The notes beneath the pieces were generated by a model. It did not search any database and was not told the origin of the DNA. It saw only the letters and a list, made by a program, of their open reading frames with translations. Shown here one piece after another: positions 47,070 through 64,000 of a stretch of 64,000 nt of DNA (the stretch's first letter is position 1; every line of letters begins with the position of its first letter). Both the position numbers and the translations under genes were made by a program. This DNA comes from Macrostomum lignano (lineage: Eukaryota). Location: the NCBI GenBank assembly GCA_002269645.1, contig NIVC01000900.1:1-64000 (forward strand), given 5' to 3'.

Positions 47070-48705
47070 ATTGTACGAATAGTCTCGATTTACTGTGTAC
47101 GAATAGTCTCGGTGTACTGTGTACGAATAGTCTCGGTTTACTGTGTACGAATAGTCTCGGTTTACTGTGTACGAATAGTCTCGGTTTACTGTGTACGAAA
47201 GTCTCGGTTTACTGTGTACGAATAGTCTCGGTTTACTGTGTACGAATAGTCTCGGTGTACTGTGTACGGATAGTCTAGGTGTACTGTGTACGAATAGTCA
47301 CGATTTACTGTGCACGAATAGTCTCGATTTACTGTGTACGGATAGTCTCGGTGTACTTTGTACGAATAGTCTCGGTGTACTGTGTACGGATAGTCTCGGT
47401 GTACTGTGTACGAATAGTCTCGATTTACTGTGCACGAATAGTCTCGATTTACTGTGTACGGATAGTCTCGGTGTACTGTGTACGAATAGTCTCGGTGTAC
47501 TGTGTACGAATAGTCTCGATTTACTGTGTACGGATAGTCTCGGTGTACTGTGTACGAATAGTCTCGGTGTACTGTGTACGGATAGTCTCGGTGTACTGTG
47601 TACGAATAGTCTCGGTGTACTGTGTACGAATAGTCTCGGTGTACTGTGTACGAATAGTCTCGGTGTACTGTGTACGAATAGTCTCGGTGTACTGTGTACG
47701 AATAGTCTCGATTTACTGTGTACGAATAGTCTCGGTGTACTGTGTACGGAATAGTCTCGATTTACTGTGTACGGATAGTCTCGGTTTACTGTGTACGAAT
47801 AGTCTCGGTTTACTGTGTACGAATAGTCTCGGTGTACTGTGTACGAATAGTCTCGATTTACTGTGTACGGATAGTCTCGGTTTACTGTGTACGAATAGTC
47901 TAGGTTTACTGTGTACGAATAGTCTCGGTGTACTGTGTACGAATAGTCTCGATTTACTGTGTACGAATAGTCTCGGTGTACTGTGTACGAATAGTCTCGA
48001 TTTACTGTGTACGAATAGTCTCGGTTTACTGTGTACGAATAGTCTCGGTGTTACTGTGTACGAATAGTCTCGGTTTACTGTGTACGAATAGTCTCGGTTT
48101 ACTGTGTACGAATAGTCTCGGTTTACTGTGTACGAATAGTCTCGGTGTACTGTGTACGAATAGTCTCGATTTACTGTGTACGAATAGTCTCGGTGTACTG
48201 TGTACGAATAGTCTCGGTGTACTGTGTACGAATAGTCTCGGTGTACAGTGTACTGTGTACGAATAGTCTCGGTGTACTGTGTACGAATAGTCTCGGTGTA
48301 CTGTGTACGAATAGTCTCGATTTACTGTGTACGAATAGTCTCGGTGTACTGTGTACGAATAGTCTCGATTTACTGTGTACGGATAGTCTCGGTTTACTGT
48401 GTACGAATAGTCTCGGTGTACTGTGTACGAATAGTCTCGTGTACTGTGTACGAATAGTCTCGGTTACTGTGTACGAATAGTCTCGGTTTACTGTGTACGA
48501 ATAGTCTCGGTTTACTGTGTACGAATAGTCTCGGTTTACTGTGTACGAATAGTCTCGGTGTACTGTGTACGAATAGTCTCGATTTACTGTGTACGAATAG
48601 TCTCGGTGTACTGTGTACGAATAGTCGATTTACTGTGTACGGATAGTCTCGGTTTACTGTGTACGAATAGTCTCGGTGTACTGTGTACGAATAGTCTGGG
48701 TTTAC
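47070..48705. repeat. 24-bp minisatellite TACTGTGTACGAATAGTCTCGGTG (inside the complemented block)
   Basis: Direct reading; the native unit would be ATGACACATGCTTATCAGAGCCAC. Confidence 0.95.
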
Positions 48706-49797
48706 TTTAAAACTCTCTTGATTCTCTTGATTTGTATGGTTATGAGCATCAATTGTCAGTAGTAATTGTATTACGCCGAGCTTTTGAACTGTGACGTTTA
48801 TTAAAGATAGCGGGTCTCCGAGCCTGTGTAGAACACTGAAGTTTGTAACGGACTCCGAACTTGCTTATACATTTAATATTTGCTGACCGAATTAGGGACC
48901 TTGCACTGTTTGGGTCCAGTTGATTCCCAACCAAGACAAACTGTCCTCTTTTTTGAGTTAAGTGAGGAGCAATCGAAGCTCCGAAAGAGCGCGACAATAC
49001 GTCGGAATCAATGGATGTTACGTAACTAAAGTGCGTGCTATACTCTATGTCGATCCCTATAGGTTATAGTCTTACAATATTTGAGCCGAAATCGACTCCT
49101 CTAAAGTGCGTATCTAGGCTCGGAATAGTTAAGGAAAGGTGCTGTTCTTTAAGCGACTGTTTTTGTGCCATTCTACCATTTTTCTGCCATTGAGTTAGTC
49201 GTTCAACCGATTTAAAATGAGCTACATATACGACTGTTCGATGTACCTGTTCCGTCACCACTCTCCGAGACAATCTCTGCGCTTTACGCTTAGACAGACA
49301 ATGAATAACTGACTTGGAGAAGAACGTGTCCTGAGAACATCTATCTTATCTTAGAACTGGTTAATTACGCACACCTTAAACTTCCATTGGGTATCGATCG
49401 GAATACCAAAACATCGTAGAGTTCTTATAGATGGAAAAGATCAGCAAACTGAGAAGAAAGCTAAGTTTCGATGTTTCGAAACAAGTAAAATTCTTAAAAG
49501 ACGAAGCTGCTACAGTTTTTGACCTAAATCATAAGATGTTTAGACTTTAAATTTTCGAAAATCCTGGGTGTCAGTGTACTACCAACAAATGGCAAGTTAT
49601 CTAATAGGGAATCTTGATTATCATAAATTAGGATAAGCTCAAAACAGTAAATTTCAAGACAACACCGTCCTAATGTCGAACGGGCTGAAGCGATTGCATC
49701 CAAAAGAAATGCTAAAAGCACGTCTTTTACGTCTCTAACGGTTACCAACTTTTAACTAGTTCGAGCCGAGACGATTGGCGTAAATTAGCGGGGAGTC

Positions 49798-50708
49798 CGC
49801 AGGCAGTGGGCTACGAAGCCGCGGCCTAGACATGTTTCGCGTCGCGGGCGGCGTAGTAGAAGTAGAACCAGTGGTTGTCGATGCGGGAGACGGATACCTT
49901 CGGCAAATACGTGCAGTGGGTCGCAAACTTGCGGTTGCAGTGGCGGACGAACGGCGCAGGGCCCCGGTTGCAACTCGACAAGCACGACCTGTGTCGGATA
50001 CGACGGGACGACTGGCAGTAGGGCAGGCGATAGTATAAGCAGAAGTTGCGCGACTAGCGAGCAGTGAACGACTAACAGGCGGCAAGAGCTAGCACGTGGT
50101 TAGTGCTGCAACAGCCCGTGGTCAAGCGGACAGACGATGACCAGCACAGCAGGTGAAAAGACGAGGACTGAACCGGGATGATAGACTAGACCTAACAGTC
50201 GAAACACCACTTCAAAGCGTAGGCGTGGCCGGACTGGCTGTCGATGGACTGTTAGCTGCCTCCACTGCCCTAATTCGTCCCGGTTATGCCGTCGCGGTAC
50301 TGGTAGTGCTTCTGGTAGATGATGGATTGAATGTCGCAGTTGAAGAAAGAGATAAGGATGCGATCGTGGATGAAGGCGTTCCTCTACTTCGCTTACAAGT
50401 GGCACTTCTACTTCGCCCTGTTCCGAGCGGCTAAGATAGTCGTACCGTCAGTCCTCCCGGGCTGCCTCGCCAAGTTGAAGTGGTACTCGGCCGGTTCGTC
50501 GCCGCCTAGGTGGATACGGCCCGACGAGCTGGCGATGTTCTTCTAGTGGTAGGCAGCCTACGGCTGGTACGCGTTCGGGTGGCTCAGCCGATAGTGGCCG
50601 CCGCCGCAGCCACCGCAGTCGCCGCAGTCGCAGAGGCCAGGGAGTAGCAGCAGCGTCCACCACCGTCGGGTCTACGTGTTGACGGCTCGCTAACTTCTTC
50701 GCTTAACT
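49798..50708. CDS. GPCR coding exon 2 (TM4-TM7 and tail), legible only in the non-reversed complement of the + strand; full receptor 455 aa
   Basis: Complement reads CCCTCAG|GC GTC CGT CAC CCG..., completing ERYI-G-VRHPMLRRRICTKRSARRIIFILVTNSYALCLWKPF...LDTAYAALLTVIPSAIIFVFNALIARHL...FACLLLVVSSTFLLLTWPYYL...YYLTYSVNFFLYSYASTYFRKEMKRMF...IEEAN*; 911 nt with no internal stop, TGA at 50706-50708, AATAAA just after. Confidence 0.93.
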
Positions 50709-51687
50709 TAGTTATTATTTAGTTTATTAACGCCTTTTAAAAAACTAAGCCCACTCGGTAAGCCAAAAGTAGTGCGTCTAACTCAGTTCAAATTTAATTG
50801 TTTTAGAAAAGGCAGTAATTGCTTAATCAACTTGATAGCTCAATAAAACACAAAAACAAAGATATAACTGCTCACAAAATGGTCAAATAAACTAACGAGA
50901 ATGTAAAATTTTGTAGGACTCTCAACATTTGAACAAACATACATCAACCCTCTGAGCTTGAACAAATATAAAGTTTAGAAACGTCGGTGTATAGCGCTAA
51001 TTCTAGCTTTCGACGTAACCTTGAAGCTAACAAGAAACATTGGTTTGTGTGTTATTTTAGACTTCAATTAGCGCATATAAATGGTATAAATGAAGATATC
51101 ATCGTGAGACTAAGCCGATAATTGCAATAACAATTAACAATATTATATCGTGAACAAAATGATTAAAACCGTGAAGATTGTTGGGACAAATAGAACGCAT
51201 AAACGTGGACAATTTTTCGTCTCACGTGGTGGTGACTCTAATATTAACTCAGTTCCAATATGAACAAAACTTAACTGGCGTTGAGATAAATTTTTCACGT
51301 ATAACGGTGCGCAACGGCAAAAGATTCTTTTACATGTCTTAAAAAGGAGGTTGCTTGAAATGGCGAATACAAAACTAGACTTACATGCACATGACTTAAT
51401 ACGTGTTCAAAAGCTAAAAAAAGACGTGTAAAAACAAATACAACTTCTCATTAAAAAAGAACAAAAGAAAGGTGTCCGTGTATCGCAGCGATAACAAAAT
51501 TACACTTCAAGGGGTACAGTGTCGCTGCAGGTCATGCGTTCATGTTAATGTGAACTTACGTGGGGCAATAATCTACACCGTGAACACACGTCGCAGAAAA
51601 ACGTTGTTCAAAGTTAATATTTAATAATGATATTATTATTTGAATTGACGTTTGACGTGATATTTACAACCTTTCCAAGTAACCATT

Positions 51688-52049
51688 CCCCCCGGCATCG
51701 GGTCGCCAGATCGCGTCCGAGACCACAAGGTCGCTGGGTCCGAGCTAAGGTTCACGTCAGTGTAATTAAACCCCGACTTAACCTTAGAGACGAACCGAGA
51801 CAAGCACGTTAATTGCCGGAACTCTCGGTTGGGGGTTCCGCGTCACTTCACATGTACGGATTGCTATTTATTTCAATCCCGGCGACATGTGAGGAAACAC
51901 TCACACATGGACGCATGCATAGGAACGCGAACATACGGACGAGTCCCCTCAGCCGCCTTACCCGTCATTACGAGAGCGGCCAACACACGGTTACAGCGAA
52001 TTTCACGCGGTCCCACGTGTGTTGGGGGACGAAGATTATTTTTTTTATT
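51688..52049. mobile_element. SINE family B, full length with 15-bp TSDs, legible only in the non-reversed complement
   Basis: Complement reads GGGGGGCCGTAGCCCAGCGGTCTAGCG...GGCTCGATTCC...CTAATAAAAAAAATAAA; direct repeat TTTCCAAGTAACCAT at 51672-51686 and 52050-52064. Confidence 0.85.
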
Positions 52050-54489
52050 TTTCCAAGTAACCATGGTGACTTATTCATTAAATACATAGTCTCAACGAGT
52101 CGCAATGCTTTATAACCGATCTCACCCCCCCACACGCTAAGTGTGAACCGGGTTCTGTGTACATGTACGGACTGGATGGTTAGTTATTGTTAACGGTTCC
52201 GACTCGACGTTATTATAGTGCCGTCGTGTCGTTTAGGTACCTCCGTGCTGTTATCGAATATGTTATCTTTCTTAATGATGATGTCGATGATCGTACGAAT
52301 CTGCAACGAAAGTACGTTTCTGTTTTTTCGGTCGTCGTATGTGTACATCCGTGTCGCCCGGTGTGGGACCCACTTCGTAAATATATTAAGACTCTTCTAC
52401 TTTGTGTGAACTGCTCACTGCTCAATACGAGAGTCAGCGCATGCAGAGCGCTAACAGGTAGGTTGGCTGCTCATTCGCGTGGAACGGCCACGCAGATGGG
52501 AATGAGTGAGTTCTGCCTCACTCGCTCAAGCAGTTACTCTCTCGTTCCTATAATTCTCCCCATTTTCCGACATGCGGCCCTCCCCATTCCTGACGAATGC
52601 TTTTTGTTGCAGAAATTCTCTCTACAGTTTTTGTTAAAAAGCGATTTTCAAAAAAAATCACCTCAGGTAGAATTTCAAGGATGCACATTTCTTTTTTGTA
52701 AAAAATTCTATCTCATATTTTTGGTCATTCGATAATAAAAAAGTGTGGCGGACCTTGTCTGTCTTCCAAATGATCCCTACAGTATAATGGAAGCAACTCG
52801 CCCCCCTCGAGTGGATCTTCAGCTGCGGTACAAAAAAAGACATTGGCTGGCGCGAGATGCGGTGAGTAGGAAGGAACTTTTCAATAAAATAACCGACATA
52901 TGCGAAATTGAATTCATTAGAGAAAGAAGAAAAAATGTGCGCCGCTTTGAAATGACAAATTCAAATTTTAAATTAGCTACTTGAAATTTAAGTATTTTAA
53001 ATAAATTTGCTTTGTTATACTTTGTACGCCAGTCGTGTAGCACTGAGGGCTCATCATGATATACACCCAGTGCTGTTACAAAATTTACATATAATTATAG
53101 AGTATTTCTCTTTATTTCATAGTGTTTGATAAGCAAAAATTTATTTGCCATCCAAAACTAATAAATATAGAAAATTAAAAACCCAATACGGATAATATAA
53201 ATTTAATAACGATTCATTCAAAAGAATCAAATCAGTGATACGCGATCTGGTTTCCGCTGCCAAATGTTTAAAACAAACAGTTTAAAAAAATAAATAAGTA
53301 ATTTCCTTACGATTTTAACATTTTAAGGATATTTTTGAACACAAAGTGATTAATATCTAACCGTATAGCTGCACATTTAATGTAACTGTATATAATAACA
53401 GTATATTTCTATTCATGTTGTCGGATAATATCTGTGCGCCGATAGCTACAGCAATAATTCAGGATCCAATGCCAGAATAAAACTAAAAACACAAAAAACA
53501 CAGACTTGTAACAGAAACAAATAAATAATTAACTAAAAACTGTCCTAATTTCGTAAGACAATTCTCTTAACGTTAATTTTAGCCGCATATAACACGGGCT
53601 GATTTTGGCCAAACGTGCAAAATAACTGAGGAAATCAGTCACTTTGAACTAGCAATATATTGCTATCAATATTATTCAAACCATTAGGTTAATTTTTGTT
53701 TAATACAAACGTCACTCTTGACATAACTAAAAAGTTATCGAATCAGTTTTAAATTCTGGTCCAAGACTTTCCAATTCAAACAATCACACTTTTTAATATT
53801 GCTCATTGGTTTTAAAAATCGCATTCCAAGTGCAAGAAATCAACCTCTATCCATGATTAAAGAGTAATTATTCTCACCTATTCCGAACGCACTGGCCAAT
53901 ACAAAAAATCCTATTATCTATGCACAAATAATAGTTTAAGAAAGCCAAATAAAATAAAACTGCGGGGGCTTTTAACACAAATATTTGTTGTAACGAAGAC
54001 ATGGACTAAAACGTTGATTAAATCTTGTACGTCTACAAGTTAATAAAGATTAAAGGAAGGTATCTGGTATACGAGTGAACTTCGACCGTAGTCTGTACGA
54101 AATGCACAATAAATAATATATCGGTAAACGAGTGCAACACCAAAACTGAACAAGGGAATACAGAGAAGCATGAGGTTATGATGGAGTTGTTTTGAAGTTA
54201 TTCAGAAAGATTTGTTAGCTAAATATTCGCGGCAAATATCATGCATAACACCATGAAATTCAGCTCGCAATTCAAGACATTAATAAATATTGGTATTAAC
54301 AACAGATCGAACTTGGCCGATGTCCAAACACGTTAAAACAGAGCGTTTTTTCAGGGCACCTCATACCTACAGGCCTATTAAATAGGTAAACACCAGTGCA
54401 GCGAAACAGCGAAAATAAATTTATTGCAAAAATTGTACATGAATTGCTGTCAATATAAGTTTCTTAACTCCAATGCACACAATGCACAA

Positions 54490-54880
54490 AGATCTCTTAC
54501 CCCACTGTACACACCGCTCTCTCAGGAATCTCTTACCCCACTGTACACACCGCTCTCTCAGGAATCTCTTACCCCACTGTACACACCGCTCTCTCAGGAA
54601 TCTCTTACCCCACTGTACACACCGCTCTCTCAGGAATCTCTTACCCCACTGTACACACCGCTCTCTCAGGAATCTCTTACCCCACTGTACACACCGCTCT
54701 CTCCGGAATCTCTTACCCCACTGTACACACCGCTCTCTCAGGAATCTCTTACCCACTGTACACACCGCTCTCCCAGGAATCTCTTACCCCACTGTACACA
54801 CCGCTCTCTCAGGAATCTCTTACCCCACTGTACACACCGCTCTCTCAGGAATCTCTTACCCCACTGTACACACCGCTATA
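54490..54880. repeat. 36-bp minisatellite CTCTTACCCCACTGTACACACCGCTCTCTCAGGAAT
   Basis: About 11 copies. Confidence 0.95.
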
Positions 54881-55999
54881 GTAACTTTTAACCACCTGCA
54901 CCACAGCTAATATTAAATACAACTGTATTGTATCTACAAGAACACTTACCTGACAAATAATAACAAAAAATAACGGAGCAAAAAATCACAGAATAAAATG
55001 CCGCACAACAGAGAAGGCATCCAACAAGAAGACAAAAGCCAAGATTAATATTAAAGTTAAAATTAAAAGCCAAATAAAAGAAGCACGAAGACCAGACACA
55101 AAATTCGCGAACTGCTCACGCAGCTGTTTAAACAATTATTACAGTTATAAACGGAAAATATTATTTGTGTCGAACACAAAACTAGCGGAGACAGCAAGAA
55201 TAAACGTGAAAAAACTGTTTAAAAAAGAGCCATATTATTTGTCGAAAACCAAAGCACTTAATTCAATAATTCAGAAAGTCGTCGAATGGCTGCAGAAAAT
55301 TTCTTTTTTTATGTTTTCTTCAAAAAATGATGAGGTTTGGTGCACGCACTAAAAACTCAATAAAAACAGGCTTGTGTTATAAATCATTGAATTAATTTTG
55401 TTATATTTTTCTCTGCAATTTAGTTAAAACAAAACGCACAAACCATAAAAAATCTCTACTGAATATGCGACTTGGAAAAATACTGAAGAAAACAAACCAG
55501 TATAACTGTTTCTGAGTGTCTGGCCTAATATTTTACCACCATATCAACTAAACAAGGACACAAAAATAAAAGTTTATAATTTTTTCTCTGAAAAAATAGA
55601 CACATAAAACATAACTATAAGACACGGAACAAAGATCACAGGAAAAAACGAAAACACCAAAAATGAAGAACAAATCAATCAGGATCGACTTCAAAAGAAG
55701 GATTAGCAAATAAAGCTATTTTTTACACAACAGCCATACGAGGGAATTAAAAACACTGATAGATAAATTGGAATCGACTGACATTGAAAACGAAATTTTC
55801 TATAACTTAGCTATACTAGCCTTAGACATCGTGTATCCAGGGAGCGTTCGCAATAACCGGTCAAACAATGATTGCAATAGCAATGGAAAAAACTTTAATT
55901 AAGTAATTACACTTATTGACTGCTGCGTGGCGCTGCAGCTTTAGAATAATAAAACAATTAGGAATGCAACTTTCAGCTTTGCCACGACTTTCAGCATTA

Positions 56000-56520
56000 G
56001 ATTGTGACTCAATGTACATTCTCGGGGGTAGAGAGGAATCTCGTGCTATTTTGACTCTCTGCCCCTCAATGTACATTCTCTGGAATCTCGTGCTGGTCTG
56101 ATTCTCTCTGCCCCTCAATGTACATTCTCTGAAATCTCACGCTAGTCTTATTCTCTCTGCCCCTCAATGTACATTCTCTGGAATATCGTGCTGGTCTGAT
56201 TCTCTCTGCCCCTCAATGTACATTCTCTGAAATCTCGTGCTAGTCTGATTATCTCTGCCCCTCAATGTACATTCTCTGGAATCTCGTGCTGGTCTGATTC
56301 TCTCTGCCCCTCAATGTACATTCTCTGGAATCTCGTGCTAGTCTGATTATCTCTGCCCCTCAATGTACATTCTCTGGAATCTCGTGCTAGTCTGAATCTC
56401 TCTGCCCCTCAATGTACATTCTCTGGAATCTCGTGCTAGTCTGATTATCTCTGCCCCTCAATGTACATTCTATGGAATCTCGTGCTAGTCTGAATCTCTC
56501 TACCCCTCAATGTACATTCT
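56000..56520. repeat. 49-bp minisatellite CTCTGCCCCTCAATGTACATTCTCTGGAATCTCGTGCTAGTCTGATTAT
   Basis: About 10 copies. Confidence 0.93.
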
Positions 56521-56636
56521 TGGCCAAGTTGCAAGCCTAGACTAGAATTAGACACAATAAAATTACTGCAGATAATTCGACAGAACAAATAAACCAATGT
56601 AAATTAGTCGCGAATACCCAATCTCAAGCAACAAGC

Positions 56637-63753
<7,117 letters not shown>

Positions 63754-64000
63754 CTGTGGGAGGTTAATAATTTACTTTTATTTATTTTTTTATTTTTATT
63801 TACTCAATAGTTCGCTTTTAAAACTGACAAAATACGCCAGTAAAAATTCTAAGAATCCCCCTCAAAAAGTAAAAAAAATCCGCCTGACTCTAAAAGTACA
63901 AAATCAGCTCTACTCTAAAAGTACAAAAATCCGACCCCTCAGAACATCAAAGAAGACCCGCCCCTCAGAACTGCGAAAACCCAACACTCAGAACTGCAAA

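Larger units (their letters stand above)
46265..52400. other. About 6.1 kb block that is complemented but not reversed
   Basis: The complement read left to right gives GPCR exon 2, a canonical SINE with TSDs and continuation of the 14-bp array. Left edge known to about 2 bp; right edge estimated at 52380-52420 from dinucleotide polarity by eye. Confidence 0.93.

Noticed and set aside
49756-50663. ORFs 49756-50085, 49832-50038, 50100-50405, 50153-50434, 50331-50546, 50448-50663
   Set aside because: Shadows of the complemented GPCR exon; no recognisable motifs.
46265-52400. Ordinary inversion or foreign insertion as the explanation of the odd block
   Set aside because: An inversion would put exon 2 on the minus strand in six-frame view, and it is not there. 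Gene order and repeat phase are preserved and only the plain complement reads correctly.
52745-52984. 79-aa ORF with an internal GTGAGT donor-like site
   Set aside because: No recognisable domain or partner exon.

Overview
Eukaryotic (animal) genomic DNA. The GC-rich multi-exon genes, introns packed with minisatellites and tRNA-derived SINEs are most consistent with a free-living flatworm such as Macrostomum (inference). Genes on the + strand: the terminal exon of a Gly/Pro/Tyr-rich protein (4 frameshifts), a 3-exon serine/aspartate racemase, a 6-exon flavin amine oxidase, two tandem histidine acid phosphatases and a rhodopsin-family peptide GPCR. On the - strand: the 3' part of an FNDC3-like fibronectin type III gene. 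Also present: a decayed non-LTR retrotransposon, two SINE families, about 25 tandem arrays and a 3 kb block almost free of CpG. Main discovery: the block 46265 to about 52400 is complemented but NOT reversed. Read base by base as its complement, left to right, it supplies the missing second exon of the GPCR (correct splice phase, 303-codon open frame, TM4-TM7) and a complete SINE with target-site duplications, and it continues a 14-bp tandem array in register. No six-frame translation can see this. An ordinary inversion cannot produce it, so an assembly or data-processing fault is the most likely cause until raw reads show otherwise. No rRNA, true tRNA or CRISPR array was found.
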